Counted from the first letter of the stretch, positions 7,988 through 17,449 are shown. The stretch: DNA of 41,842 nucleotides from a virus (IMGVR_UViG_3300033067_000328:1-41842); one strand, 5' to 3'. The notes: a model not told the origin generated them from the letters alone. Numbers and translations: made by a program.

Positions 7988-8385
7988 CCAAAAGCACCCG
8001 GCGTATCAAATACCTGATCGACATGGGCGAGCCTATGACCACCAAGGAGCTGTCCCGCGTCTATCAGGAGGACCCGCGCATTACCTGCCGCGAGCTGCAA
8101 CGGGCAGAGCGATATGGCTACGTCAAGCACACCAAGCGCGGCCTGTCGTTCGTGTGGGAAGCGATCAAGGACAAGCCGCCGCCGGATATGCGCGGCCAGC
8201 AGCCGGGCTCCCAAGATGCGCTGGCGCTATCCCACCGCAGCCTGGAAGTGCGCGCCAAGCGGCTGCGGAACCTGCGCAACCTCACGCGGGATGCAGCCGG
8301 CAACTACATACCCAAGGTGCGGCGCAGCACTTGCACGCTCGCAGAGGTATGGCGTTCGCCCATTTCATCGTGCGCAGACGATTGA
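7975..8385 (+). CDS. Putative winged-helix DNA-binding protein
   Basis: PMTTKELS...CRELQRAERYGYVKH wHTH-like pattern. Confidence 0.5.
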   Translation: MGKVTKSTRRIKYLIDMGEPMTTKELSRVYQEDPRITCRELQRAERYGYVKHTKRGLSFVWEAIKDKPPPDMRGQQPGSQDALALSHRSLEVRAKRLRNLRNLTRDAAGNYIPKVRRSTCTLAEVWRSPISSCADD

Positions 8386-8432
8386 TTTATGTCAATCTTG
8401 ACTCGCTGGGGCCATAGGTGCCCCTGCAATTG

Positions 8433-8458
8433 GCCCGCCCTTGCGCGGGCTTTTTGTT
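8433..8458 (+). terminator. Intrinsic terminator before terS (tR'-like)
   Basis: GCCCGC-CCTTGC-GCGGGC followed by TTTTTGTT. Confidence 0.75.
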
Positions 8459-8499
8459 GTGCATATTGCGCGCCGCATCAAAAACTTAACGCAACCTAG

Positions 8500-8796
8500 A
8501 TGGCGAACCCTACCGGCAAGAACGGACGCGAGCAAAAGCCTTGGGCTGATGCTATTCGTCGCGCGCTTGCTAGGCGTGAGCAGACAGGTTCTGGCGCTGA
8601 CCTGAACAAGCTTGCCGACCAGTTGATAGACAAGGCTGCTGACGGCGACATGACGGCGCTCAAGGAGATTGGCGACCGGATGGACGGCAAGGCCGCACAG
8701 GCCCTGACGGTATCCGGCGATCCTGACGCCCCGATGGTGACGAGGATAGAGCGGGTCATTGTCCACGCTACAAATCCCAACGGCTCCGGTATTTGA
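8500..8796 (+). CDS. terS: Terminase small subunit (putative)
   Basis: Directly upstream of and overlapping terL; KAADGDMTALKEIGDRMDGKAAQ motif. Confidence 0.7.
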   Translation: MANPTGKNGREQKPWADAIRRALARREQTGSGADLNKLADQLIDKAADGDMTALKEIGDRMDGKAAQALTVSGDPDAPMVTRIERVIVHATNPNGSGI

Positions 8797-9976
8797 GCCG
8801 CTTCTGCGCCCGTCCCGGTACAAGGGGGCGCACGGTGGACGTGGATCAGGCAAGTCCCATTTCTTCGCGGAACTGCTGATAGAGCTTGCGTACGCGCAGA
8901 AGCTGGACATCGTGTGCGTCCGGGAAATCCAGCGCACGCTAGATCAGTCGGTCAAGAAGCTGCTGGAGGGCAAGATAGCCAGTCTGGGCCTAACCGGCTT
9001 CGAGGTACAGGACCGCCGCATTATCAGCCCGCAAGGTGGACTCATCATCTTCGAGGGCATGCAGAACCACAACGCGGACAGTATCAAGTCCCTCGAGGGC
9101 TACGACATTGCGTGGGTGGAGGAAGCGCAGTCCCTTAGTCAGCGCAGCCTTGATCTACTGCGCCCGACGATCCGCAAGCCGGGGTCTGAGCTGTGGTTTA
9201 GCTGGAATCCGAACCTGCCGACCGACCCGATTGATGTCCTGCTGCGGTCGGAGAATCCCCCGCCTGATGCGGTAGTCGTCAAGTCCACGTACCGCGACAA
9301 CCCGTGGTTGCCGGACGTTCTGAAGACGGAACTGGAGTATGACCAGCGCCGCGACCCGGAGAAGTTCGCCCATGTCTGGCTTGGCGAGTATCAACGCAAC
9401 TCTGAAGCCCGTGTGTTCCGCAATTGGACGGTTGAGGAATTCGAGCGGCCTGCCGGCACCGTATTTCGACTGGGTGCGGACTGGGGATATGCCATTGATC
9501 CATCCGTGCTGGTACGTGCGTCAATCGATGGTAACCGCCTGTACGTTGACCACGAAGCTTGGATGATCGGCTGCGAGATTACGCAGCTACCTGACCTGTT
9601 CCGGCGCGTGCCTGACAGCGAGAAGTGGTTCATCACCGCCGACAGCGCGCGGCCCGAGACGATCAGCTACATGCAGAAGCACGGCTATCCGCGAGTCAGT
9701 GCGGCGATCAAGGGTGCGCGGTCGGTGGAAGAGGGCGTGGCCTTCCTCCAGTCCTTCGACATCATCGTGCATCCGCGTTGCCAGCACGTCATAGACGAGT
9801 TAACGCTGTACTCGTACAAGAAAGACCCGTTGACGGACAAGGTTCTCCCGATTCTGGAGGACAAGAACAATCACTGTATCGACGCCTTGAGGTACGCCTG
9901 CGAGGGCGCACGCAAGGCTGGCCCGCAGAAGTGGGCGCCGCTGGATTACAGCAAACTTAACCGAGGAATTGTCTAG
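8759..9976 (+). CDS. terL: Terminase large subunit, PBSX family
   Basis: Walker A GGRGSGKSH, Walker B IAWVEEA, nuclease motifs GADWG and NHCIDALRY. Confidence 0.95.
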   Translation: MSTLQIPTAPVFEPLLRPSRYKGAHGGRGSGKSHFFAELLIELAYAQKLDIVCVREIQRTLDQSVKKLLEGKIASLGLTGFEVQDRRIISPQGGLIIFEGMQNHNADSIKSLEGYDIAWVEEAQSLSQRSLDLLRPTIRKPGSELWFSWNPNLPTDPIDVLLRSENPPPDAVVVKSTYRDNPWLPDVLKTELEYDQRRDPEKFAHVWLGEYQRNSEARVFRNWTVEEFERPAGTVFRLGADWGYAIDPSVLVRASIDGNRLYVDHEAWMIGCEITQLPDLFRRVPDSEKWFITADSARPETISYMQKHGYPRVSAAIKGARSVEEGVAFLQSFDIIVHPRCQHVIDELTLYSYKKDPLTDKVLPILEDKNNHCIDALRYACEGARKAGPQKWAPLDYSKLNRGIV

Positions 9977-12351
9977 TGGCCAAACTCTCAGACGCTGAAC
10001 TTCTCGCCGCTATCTCTGCGGCCGAAGCTACGGCGCTGGGATCAGTGTCGGGCGCCGTCATGACTGACCGTGCCGACGCGCAGAGCCGCTACTACGGCAG
10101 GGCCTACGGGGACGAGCAGCCGGGGCGCTCCAGTGTCGTCTCCCGAGACGTGGCCGACGTGGTTGAAGGCGTGGTGGCGAACGTGGTCAAGCCGATTGTC
10201 TCTGGCGATCATGTGGTGGAGTTTGCCCCTGTCGGCCCCGATGACGAGGAGCGGGCAGAGCAGGAGACGTCCTACTGCAATTTCGTGGCGCTGGAGCGCA
10301 ACAACGGCTTCGTGTGGATCGTGTCTGCGGTCAAGGATGCGCTGCTGCTGCGGACCGGCTACATCAAGGCTGGCTGGGTCACGCGGTCGGACGTGGTGAC
10401 GGAGACGTATCAGGCCCTGTCCGAGGAAGAAGTCGGCCTGCTGCTGGAAGACAAGGATGTAGAGGTTGTCGAGCATTCGGAGTATCCAGACCCGATGGGC
10501 GGGTTTGGGGCCGCTCCGGGGATGGCAGGGCAGGCAGCCGGTGCGCAAGCGCCGCAGATGGCCGCTAATGGCGCCCTGAACGCTGTAGCCGGCCACCCCG
10601 GGGCGTTGGATATGCCCATGCTGCATGACGTCAAGGTCAAGCGCACCAAGCCGACCGAGTACGTGGGCGTTGATCCCGTCCCGCCCGATGAAGTGCTGGT
10701 GTCCGAGCGTGCGCGGTCCCCGAGCCTGCAAGACGCTGATTTCGTCCAGCACCGCACGCACAAGACGCTCTCCGAGCTGCGTCAGGCCGGCTACAAGGTT
10801 GACGACGACATCACGGACGACGAGCAGGGCGACACGATAGAGAACATCTCCCGCACCCGGTTTAACGAGGGCGGGGCGTGGCAGGAACCGACGCTGGACA
10901 ACGCCAGGAAACTGGTGCTGTTCAAGGAGTCGTACATCCGCGTGGACCGCAACGGGGATGGCGTGGCAGAACTGCGCCGGGTGTGCAGCGTGGGCGAGAA
11001 CATCCTTGCCGACGATGACTGCGACATCATCCCCATTGCGTGCTTCTCCGGGGTGCTGGTACCGCACCAGCATCTTGGCATGTCGGTGTATGACTTGGTC
11101 GAGGACTTGGCGAAGATCAAGACGGCGCTGATGCGCTCGTACTTGGACAACCGCTATCTACAGAACAATGGCCGGTACGCAGTCAATGCGGACTTGGTGA
11201 ACATTGATGACTTCCTCGTCTCACGTCCCGGGGGCGTGGTCCGAGTATCGGGCGATCCTGGGGCGGCTATCCTCCCTCTGGTGGCTCCAGACACATCAAC
11301 AGGGGCGCTCCAAGGACTCGAATACCTCGATTCCGTACGCGAGCAGCGCACCGGCTACACCCGCAACTCCGCCGGGATCGACAACGACGCGCTGACCAAC
11401 CGCACCGCGACTGGCATGGGCATGCAGCTCTCGCAGTCCCAACTGCGGCTGGAGATGATCGCCCGCACCATCGTTGAGACGGGGCTGAAAGACACGTTCC
11501 GCATCATCCACGCGCTCACGCTCCAGCACTCCACGCGCGAGGAAAAGTTCCGCCGCAATGGTAAGTGGATCAGCGTCAACCCGCGCGAGTGGGTGCGCCG
11601 CAACGACCTCTCCGTGTCGCTGGGCTTGGGCATGGGTACGCCCGAGCAGCAGTTGGGCAAGCTGATGGCGCTCATGCCGTTGCTGCAACAGGGGCAGATG
11701 ATGGGGCTGGTGGGCGTCCAGCAGGCATACAACTACGCATCCGAGGCGTTCAAGCTCTCGGGCTACAAGGCGCCTGATCGCTTCCTGAAAGCCCCGCAGG
11801 TAGACCCGCAGACGGGCCAGCCAAAGGAGCCCACGCCACCGCCGCCCGAGGCTGTGCAGGTCGAGCAGATGCGCCAGCAGGGCAAGCAACAGGAGCTCCA
11901 GGCGAACAGCCAGATGGAGATGGCGAAGATTCAGATGCAGGCGCAGGCCAAGGACAAGGAGCAGCAGAACGCGCTCGTGGTCCAGCAGCAGAACGACCAA
12001 CGCGACGCCATGCGGGCAGAACAGCAGGCGCAGTTGGATATGGTCAAGCAGGAACGCGACCACCAGTTGCGGCGCGACGAGATGCTGCTGAAGCACCAGC
12101 TCGAAGTCCAGAAGCACCAGGACGAGATGGCGTTCAAGTATCACGCCGCCGCCCAGCAGGACGACCGCGAGCGGATGGCGCTTGGAGTGCAGGCATCGGG
12201 GCAGGATCGGCAGGCCACGCTGGCCGAACGCACTGCGGCTGCGAAGGAACAGGAAGTGGCAGTGGCAAAGGAACAGAAGAAGCCGGTGAAGGGCTACAAG
12301 GTCATTCGCGGCTCTGACGGGCGCGCGGCACAACTGGACGTGATCAACTAA
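9976..12351 (+). CDS. Portal protein, P22-like, with Gln-rich C-terminal coiled coil
   Basis: Follows terL; 791 aa; GRSSVVSRDV, KDALLLRTG, RPGGVVRV and TATG motifs. Confidence 0.9.
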   Translation: MAKLSDAELLAAISAAEATALGSVSGAVMTDRADAQSRYYGRAYGDEQPGRSSVVSRDVADVVEGVVANVVKPIVSGDHVVEFAPVGPDDEERAEQETSYCNFVALERNNGFVWIVSAVKDALLLRTGYIKAGWVTRSDVVTETYQALSEEEVGLLLEDKDVEVVEHSEYPDPMGGFGAAPGMAGQAAGAQAPQMAANGALNAVAGHPGALDMPMLHDVKVKRTKPTEYVGVDPVPPDEVLVSERARSPSLQDADFVQHRTHKTLSELRQAGYKVDDDITDDEQGDTIENISRTRFNEGGAWQEPTLDNARKLVLFKESYIRVDRNGDGVAELRRVCSVGENILADDDCDIIPIACFSGVLVPHQHLGMSVYDLVEDLAKIKTALMRSYLDNRYLQNNGRYAVNADLVNIDDFLVSRPGGVVRVSGDPGAAILPLVAPDTSTGALQGLEYLDSVREQRTGYTRNSAGIDNDALTNRTATGMGMQLSQSQLRLEMIARTIVETGLKDTFRIIHALTLQHSTREEKFRRNGKWISVNPREWVRRNDLSVSLGLGMGTPEQQLGKLMALMPLLQQGQMMGLVGVQQAYNYASEAFKLSGYKAPDRFLKAPQVDPQTGQPKEPTPPPPEAVQVEQMRQQGKQQELQANSQMEMAKIQMQAQAKDKEQQNALVVQQQNDQRDAMRAEQQAQLDMVKQERDHQLRRDEMLLKHQLEVQKHQDEMAFKYHAAAQQDDRERMALGVQASGQDRQATLAERTAAAKEQEVAVAKEQKKPVKGYKVIRGSDGRAAQLDVIN

Positions 12352-12797
12352 TGGCTGCTTCCATCACCTTTTATCAGACGTTCCGCAAGTGGCTGGGTGA
12401 CGGCACGTTCGACCTTGACGCCAACACGTTCAAGGTCACGCTGCATACGTCGTCCTACACGCCCAGCGCCTCGGGGCATTCGGTCTACGCGGACCTGACC
12501 AACGAGCTATCAACCGCCAACGGCTATACCAATGGCGGGGCGACGCTTGGGTCTGTTACGTGGTCGCAGTCGGGCGGAACTATCACGTTCGACGCCGCCG
12601 ACACGACCTGGACGGCCTCTGGCGGTTCGATTGTGGCGCGGTATGCGGTGATTCGGGCGTCAGGCACGCTCAACACGCACGTAGACCCCTTGGTGGCGTA
12701 CGTGCTGATGGACACGGCTCCGGCAGACGTTACGACCACGACTGGCAACACGCTGACGCTTCAATGGAATGCGTCAGGCATCTTCACGCTCACCTAG
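12351..12797 (+). CDS. Virion structural/accessory protein
   Basis: GDGTFDLDANTFKVTL...ELSTANGYTNGG...TFDAAD...WNASGIFTL; Thr-rich beta-type protein. Confidence 0.7.
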   Translation: MAASITFYQTFRKWLGDGTFDLDANTFKVTLHTSSYTPSASGHSVYADLTNELSTANGYTNGGATLGSVTWSQSGGTITFDAADTTWTASGGSIVARYAVIRASGTLNTHVDPLVAYVLMDTAPADVTTTTGNTLTLQWNASGIFTLT

Positions 12798-12805
12798 GAC
12801 AGGCC

Positions 12806-12985
12806 ATGGCACAAGTCACCATCTATTACGATTCGGACATTCCGGCGCCCACCGTCATCCAAGGCACGGCCCCGGCTGACCAGTCGGCGCTGGTGGCGAG
12901 CCTGCAAGGACAGGTAGCGTCGCTGACGGCGGCTGTTGCGGCCCTGCAAGCCAAGATTGACGCGGCCAAGGCTGCTTTGGCGTGA
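12806..12985 (+). CDS. Small coiled-coil protein, 59 aa
   Basis: MAQVTIYY...LQGQVASLTAAVAALQAKIDAAK heptads. Confidence 0.65.
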   Translation: MAQVTIYYDSDIPAPTVIQGTAPADQSALVASLQGQVASLTAAVAALQAKIDAAKAALA

Positions 12986-14010
12986 CGGTAACGGTTTACG
13001 CCTCTGGCGTAACTGTCGAGGTCATCCCGCGCACTGTCACTCCACCCCCGCCGCCGCCTGCTGGGCTGACGTGGACGAAACTTGCCACGGCCACGGGCTT
13101 GAACTTCGGCGCGTACTTCCGGCGCCCGGTGATGCTGGGCAATGGCGATGTCTGGATGGCGTGGGGCGCGAACAGTCAGCCCGATAGCGGCTCGCTCATC
13201 TTCAGCCGGGCCACCAAGACGTTTGCCAAGACCAGCGCGAACAGCGGTGTGGGTTGGGACATCGGCAAGCGCGAGAACTACGGCGCGTGCTTTGACCCCG
13301 ACCGCAATGCGGTATGGGTTGGGGCTGGCGCTCCGGTGGCGTATTCGCAGCCCGGGGACCTGAAGCTGGACCTTGCGACCGGCGCCTATACCGAAGTGTT
13401 CCCGGCAGCGTTCAACGGCAGCGGCGACACGGCATTCCTGTATCACGAGGGGTTCCACTACAGCTTCGGAGGATGGGGCAATGCGGCGTGTCGGCGCCGC
13501 GACGTGACGACGGGCGCGATAACGGCCTACGGTGGCGCCACGCAACCGCAATTCACGCGACAGACGCAGTATGGCAGTGCGTCGCAGGAGTCGCCGCGCC
13601 TGACCTATGCGCGCTCTGGCAAACGTCCGGACGGTACGTTGTGGGCGCTCGCCAACGACAACGAACTGTGGACCTGCCCGCTCAATGGTCAGTGGGCGAT
13701 GGTGGCGACGACGGGTGACAAGCCGACCACTATCGGCATCGTGGCAACGCTGGTCGAGTCGCGCAACTGCATCGTGGCATGGTGCGGCAAGAGTGGCATG
13801 GTGGTGGCCGATGCTGGCGGCACGGTGCAACAGACGTGGATTCTGGACCTTGCCAGCAAGGCGTGGACGTTGGCAACGACTGCCACAACCCCGCCGGCCA
13901 CGGTGATGTCCCAAGCGAACCTGCTGTCGGACGGCAACAGCGTCTTTGCGGTGATTGATATTTCAGGCGCCTACGCGGAAGCGTGGGAACTGACCTGGGG
14001 GTCGCTTTGA
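12982..14010 (+). CDS. Beta-propeller/Kelch-like virion accessory protein, short (unshifted) form, 342 aa
   Basis: Poly-Pro N-terminal linker; repeated W/FGG/WT blade-like segments; ends CTT-TGA. Confidence 0.7.
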   Translation: MTVTVYASGVTVEVIPRTVTPPPPPPAGLTWTKLATATGLNFGAYFRRPVMLGNGDVWMAWGANSQPDSGSLIFSRATKTFAKTSANSGVGWDIGKRENYGACFDPDRNAVWVGAGAPVAYSQPGDLKLDLATGAYTEVFPAAFNGSGDTAFLYHEGFHYSFGGWGNAACRRRDVTTGAITAYGGATQPQFTRQTQYGSASQESPRLTYARSGKRPDGTLWALANDNELWTCPLNGQWAMVATTGDKPTTIGIVATLVESRNCIVAWCGKSGMVVADAGGTVQQTWILDLASKAWTLATTATTPPATVMSQANLLSDGNSVFAVIDISGAYAEAWELTWGSL

Positions 14011-14011
14011 C
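13997..14011 (+). other. prfB/RF2-type +1 programmed ribosomal frameshift site
   Basis: GGGGG (internal SD) + 3-nt spacer + CTT TGA C; the +1 frame is open to 15067. Confidence 0.8.
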
Positions 14012-15067
14012 GACCCTGCCCCGCCGGTAACGCAGCCGCCCGCACCGCCAACAGTACCGCCAGCCACAACGCCGCAAGCACGCGGGACGCTAGTGGGCCT
14101 GCCGCTGCCCGCGAACCCGCTGGCGCCGTACAACAGCATGCGGGGCAGCAAGCACACGAACATGGCGTGCGACGGCAAGCGGCTGTACGTCAGCGGTGGC
14201 GACTGGCAGCACTCGGCGACGGACGGGACGTGGAGCTACAGCCTGGAGGACGCGAGCTGTAGGCAGGATGTACCAAGCCCGATCTATCCGACCCTGCCGG
14301 CGCCGCACGCGCTACAGGACAACGCTGGATTCGCGTGGGTTGCGGAGAAACAGAAGTTCCTGCTGTGGCCGGGGAGTTACTACCCGTACGAAGCAGACGG
14401 AACGCCGATCCTGGAATACGCGAAGGGCATGTGGTGGCTTGATCCTGCCACCAATACCTATGAGCAGGACTTGCGGCTATTCGGCAAGCGATTCGACACG
14501 ACGGGATGCCCGTTCGGCGGGGTGTACGACAACGGGCTGATCATCGCGTTCGTTGACTCCAGCGGCGGGATGGCGGTGCGGCGCTGGGATGTCGTGGCCC
14601 GGGTGAAACTGCCAGACCTGCCGCTGACGCTGAGCGTGCCGGCGCATTGGGCGGCGTACTTCATGCGTACGCAGTACCAGAAGATAGGCCGGTGGGTGTA
14701 CGTGCTGGGCTATCGGACAGACGGCAACGTTTCGAGCCAGCAGCCGCTGTTGTTCCGCTGGCATCTGGACACGCACACGACGGAAGAGCTGGCGCCGCCG
14801 CCGGTTGACGGGCCGTCCATGCGCGACCTGGAGATACGCACCGCGCAGAGCGATGGCAAGTTGGTGTGGCCGGTCGTGTTCGGGCCGGATGGCGAGATTC
14901 ACGGCATCGCGGTGTACGACGGAGGATGGACGATAGACGCGCAGGTTCCGGCTTACGGGAACTTCATCTGCAACGCGGTGTGTTCGCTGCCGGATGGCCG
15001 GGTCGCCATGTGCGGCGGCGAGTTCGGGAGGCAGCAGACGCACCTGTGGCTCTATAGGGCAGCGTAA
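14009..15067 (+). CDS. +1-frame extension: Pro/Thr linker plus second beta-propeller-like domain (fusion ~694 aa)
   Basis: Frame reads DDPAPPVTQPPAPPTVPPATTPQARGTLVGLPLP... upstream of the track start at 14093; no good SD/ATG of its own. Confidence 0.7.
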   Translation, partial: DDPAPPVTQPPAPPTVPPATTPQARGTLVGLPLPANPLAPYNSMRGSKHTNMACDGKRLYVSGGDWQHSATDGTWSYSLEDASCRQDVPSPIYPTLPAPHALQDNAGFAWVAEKQKFLLWPGSYYPYEADGTPILEYAKGMWWLDPATNTYEQDLRLFGKRFDTTGCPFGGVYDNGLIIAFVDSSGGMAVRRWDVVARVKLPDLPLTLSVPAHWAAYFMRTQYQKIGRWVYVLGYRTDGNVSSQQPLLFRWHLDTHTTEELAPPPVDGPSMRDLEIRTAQSDGKLVWPVVFGPDGEIHGIAVYDGGWTIDAQVPAYGNFICNAVCSLPDGRVAMCGGEFGRQQTHLWLYRAA

Positions 15068-16290
15068 TGGCTATTGCCTACGAGAACACGGCGACTAGCA
15101 GCGGCATCGGGTTTGGCCCGACGCAGACGCTGACGATCAACGCCGGAACCAATGCTGACCGCTGCATTGTGGTGTTCGCGTTCACCGACCGTGGCGGCGC
15201 GACCACGATCAGCAGCGCGACGTACAACAGCAACAGCATGACCGCCGGGACGGCATTTACATCCGGCACCACCGGCTTTGACGGGCGCATCTTCTACATA
15301 GCTGGGGCGAATGCCACCAGCGGCAGCAACACCGTCCAGGTTACGTTTAGCGACGGCAACACCAAGAATGGCCTGATCGCAGTTGCTTATAGCGGTGTGG
15401 ATGGCACCACGCCACTATCGGGCGAGGCGACCAATAGCGGCTTCGGCACCAACAGCAGTTGGAACGTGACCAGCGCCGTGGGCGAGACGGTGATTGCGCT
15501 GGCAACGCTGTCCGGCGGTGGCGCGGTCACAGGCGGGACCGGGACGACGGTCAAGTCCAACCCGACTGTTGGCACGTTCACTTGCGAGGCGTTGGAAGAG
15601 GCCGGCGGCGCCACGGTCACGATCAACGCGACGTGGACGGGCAATGCGGAATGGTGGGGCGTTGGTGCCAGCCTCAAACCCGTAAGCGCAGGCGGCGGAA
15701 ACACCATCGCGGTTCCCGCTGGCAGTCTGTCGTTGAGCGGGTTGGCGCCGACTATCGGCCTCACCGCCAATCAGTCGGTGGCCGTGCCGGCTGGCAGTCT
15801 GTCGTTGACGGCCAATGCGCCGACAGTTACGGCGACCGCCAATAACACGGTCAGCGTTGCGGCGGGCAGTCTCACGCTGACGGGCTTTGCCCCGGACGTG
15901 TTGGGCGGAACATCGACGCCAGCACTGGACGTGGGACGTGGGCGGCATATCCCCCGCGCCACGATCATCCGCTACAAGGGCGAAGAGTACATCGCGGAGA
16001 GCGATGCCGAGGCGGAAGCGTGGATCAAGACGATCCGCGAGCATGAGCTAAAGAAGCTAGAGCAGTCCAAGCAGGCGAAGCGGCCCAAGCCGGTTCCCAA
16101 GCCTGCCGAGTTCAAGATTCAGGCGGCGCCCCAGCAGGTCAGGGACTACGCAGCAGAAGCCCAGCAGTTGATGCAGGAACGCTACGAGGAAGCCCTGCGG
16201 TTCGCGGCAGAGCAGAAGAAGGCGTATGAGAAGTGGCTGGCCGATGACGACGAGGACGTATTCGCGTTGGTGCGGATGATTGATGTTTAG
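15067..16290 (+). CDS. Virion fibre/decoration-like protein with VPAGSLSL repeats and a charged C-terminal domain
   Basis: Thr/Gly/Ser-rich N-terminus, three ~25-aa repeats, C-terminal DDDEDVFALV. Confidence 0.7.
   Translation: MAIAYENTATSSGIGFGPTQTLTINAGTNADRCIVVFAFTDRGGATTISSATYNSNSMTAGTAFTSGTTGFDGRIFYIAGANATSGSNTVQVTFSDGNTKNGLIAVAYSGVDGTTPLSGEATNSGFGTNSSWNVTSAVGETVIALATLSGGGAVTGGTGTTVKSNPTVGTFTCEALEEAGGATVTINATWTGNAEWWGVGASLKPVSAGGGNTIAVPAGSLSLSGLAPTIGLTANQSVAVPAGSLSLTANAPTVTATANNTVSVAAGSLTLTGFAPDVLGGTSTPALDVGRGRHIPRATIIRYKGEEYIAESDAEAEAWIKTIREHELKKLEQSKQAKRPKPVPKPAEFKIQAAPQQVRDYAAEAQQLMQERYEEALRFAAEQKKAYEKWLADDDEDVFALVRMIDV
15700..15900 (+). repeat. Three tandem peptide repeats N-x-(I/V)-x-V-(P/A)-AGSL-(S/T)-L-x3-AP
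   Basis: NTIAVPAGSLSLSGLAPT / NQSVAVPAGSLSLTANAPT / NTVSVAAGSLTLTGFAPD. Confidence 0.8.
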
Positions 16291-16933
16291 CTATCCCAGC
16301 ATCGCGTACGACCCCGAGCCGTTCCCGCACTGCATCGTTCGCGGGGCGTGGGACGACGACACGCTGCTGGCCTGCAAGGCCGAGTTGGCAGACTTTGGTG
16401 GCTGGACCGGCGTGAAGGACGAGACGCGGACGCTACACAAGAAGTGGTGTAGCGAGCATGCGAAGCTCCCGCCCAACTGTCGTGCGGTCATCGAGTATTC
16501 CTGTCAGCCTCCGTTCATGGCGTGGCTGGAGTCGGTGACGGGCGAGTCGGGCCTGATGTATGACCACATGCTGAAGGGCGCGGGCGTCCACCGGATCAGT
16601 CGAGGCGGGTTCCTGGGCATGCACGTGGACTTCACGCATCACGCCGAGTTGAAACTGTACCGGCGGCTCAACGTCCTGCTGTACCTGAACGAGTGGCAGG
16701 ACGAGTGGGGCGGGCATCTGGAGCTGGCCTACGGCAAGCGTGACGAGCGACGTAAGTTGGTGGCGCCGCAGCGGAACACGATGGTCGTATTCAGCACCAG
16801 CGACAAGAGTTGGCACGGCCACCCGCATCCGCTGACGTGTCCAGAAGGCGAGTACCGCGACAGCATTGCGCTGTACTACTACTCGCGCACGCCGCACGAC
16901 AAATTGAGGGAAACGACCAAGTATGTCTCCTGA
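16283..16933 (+). CDS. 2OG-Fe(II) oxygenase (prolyl-4-hydroxylase-like)
   Basis: HxD motif (MHVDF), RRLNVLLYLN, WGGHLEL, SWHGH and R.SIALYYY. Confidence 0.9.
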   Translation: MFSYPSIAYDPEPFPHCIVRGAWDDDTLLACKAELADFGGWTGVKDETRTLHKKWCSEHAKLPPNCRAVIEYSCQPPFMAWLESVTGESGLMYDHMLKGAGVHRISRGGFLGMHVDFTHHAELKLYRRLNVLLYLNEWQDEWGGHLELAYGKRDERRKLVAPQRNTMVVFSTSDKSWHGHPHPLTCPEGEYRDSIALYYYSRTPHDKLRETTKYVS

Positions 16934-17213
16934 CGAAGAGATCGTGCGCGGCAACGAAGCGCGGATGCTCATGCAGAACAAGCTTTATCTTGAGTCGTGG
17001 CAGGCCATTGAGCAGCGACTTGTATCCCTGCTGAAACAGATTGACATTGACCCGGCTAAGGAAGAGCGGGTCAAGTGGACACTCAAGGGTCTGGAGTTGT
17101 ACCGGCGGCACCTTGAGTCGGTGATGCAGACCGGCAAGATGGCGGCGCAGCAGATTGAGCGCGACAAGACATTTGCCGAGCGGGTTGGTGATCGTATCCG
17201 CAGCGTGGCGTGA
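16923..17213 (+). CDS. Conserved pre-scaffold head protein
   Basis: EEIVRGNEARMLM...LESVMQTGKMA; usual position in this phage type. Confidence 0.7.
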   Translation: MSPDEEIVRGNEARMLMQNKLYLESWQAIEQRLVSLLKQIDIDPAKEERVKWTLKGLELYRRHLESVMQTGKMAAQQIERDKTFAERVGDRIRSVA

Positions 17214-17404
17214 AGATCAGCGACAGCGAGCGAGATCGTCGGATACGTTACGGCAAGGAAAGCGGCCGCAAGCACGCCAGAATCATGAAGGCGGCGGCAG
17301 GCGACCCGCGCAAGACGGCCACCGTAAAGACGTGGGACATCACGCCGAGCGTGGATGACTACGCAGACATTATTGATTGCTACCGGCACACGGTAGACGA
17401 CTGA
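17210..17404 (+). CDS. Hypothetical protein
   Basis: GTGA overlap; 64 aa. Confidence 0.45.
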   Translation: MKISDSERDRRIRYGKESGRKHARIMKAAAGDPRKTATVKTWDITPSVDDYADIIDCYRHTVDD

Positions 17405-17449
17405 ATTCCCGCCTAGAGCGGGTCCGGGAACGTCGGGAGACGTACCCAC

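Noticed and set aside
14007-14030. TTG re-initiation at the TTGA overlap as an alternative to the frameshift
   Set aside because: That TTG is in the third frame and reaches TAA after 7 codons.
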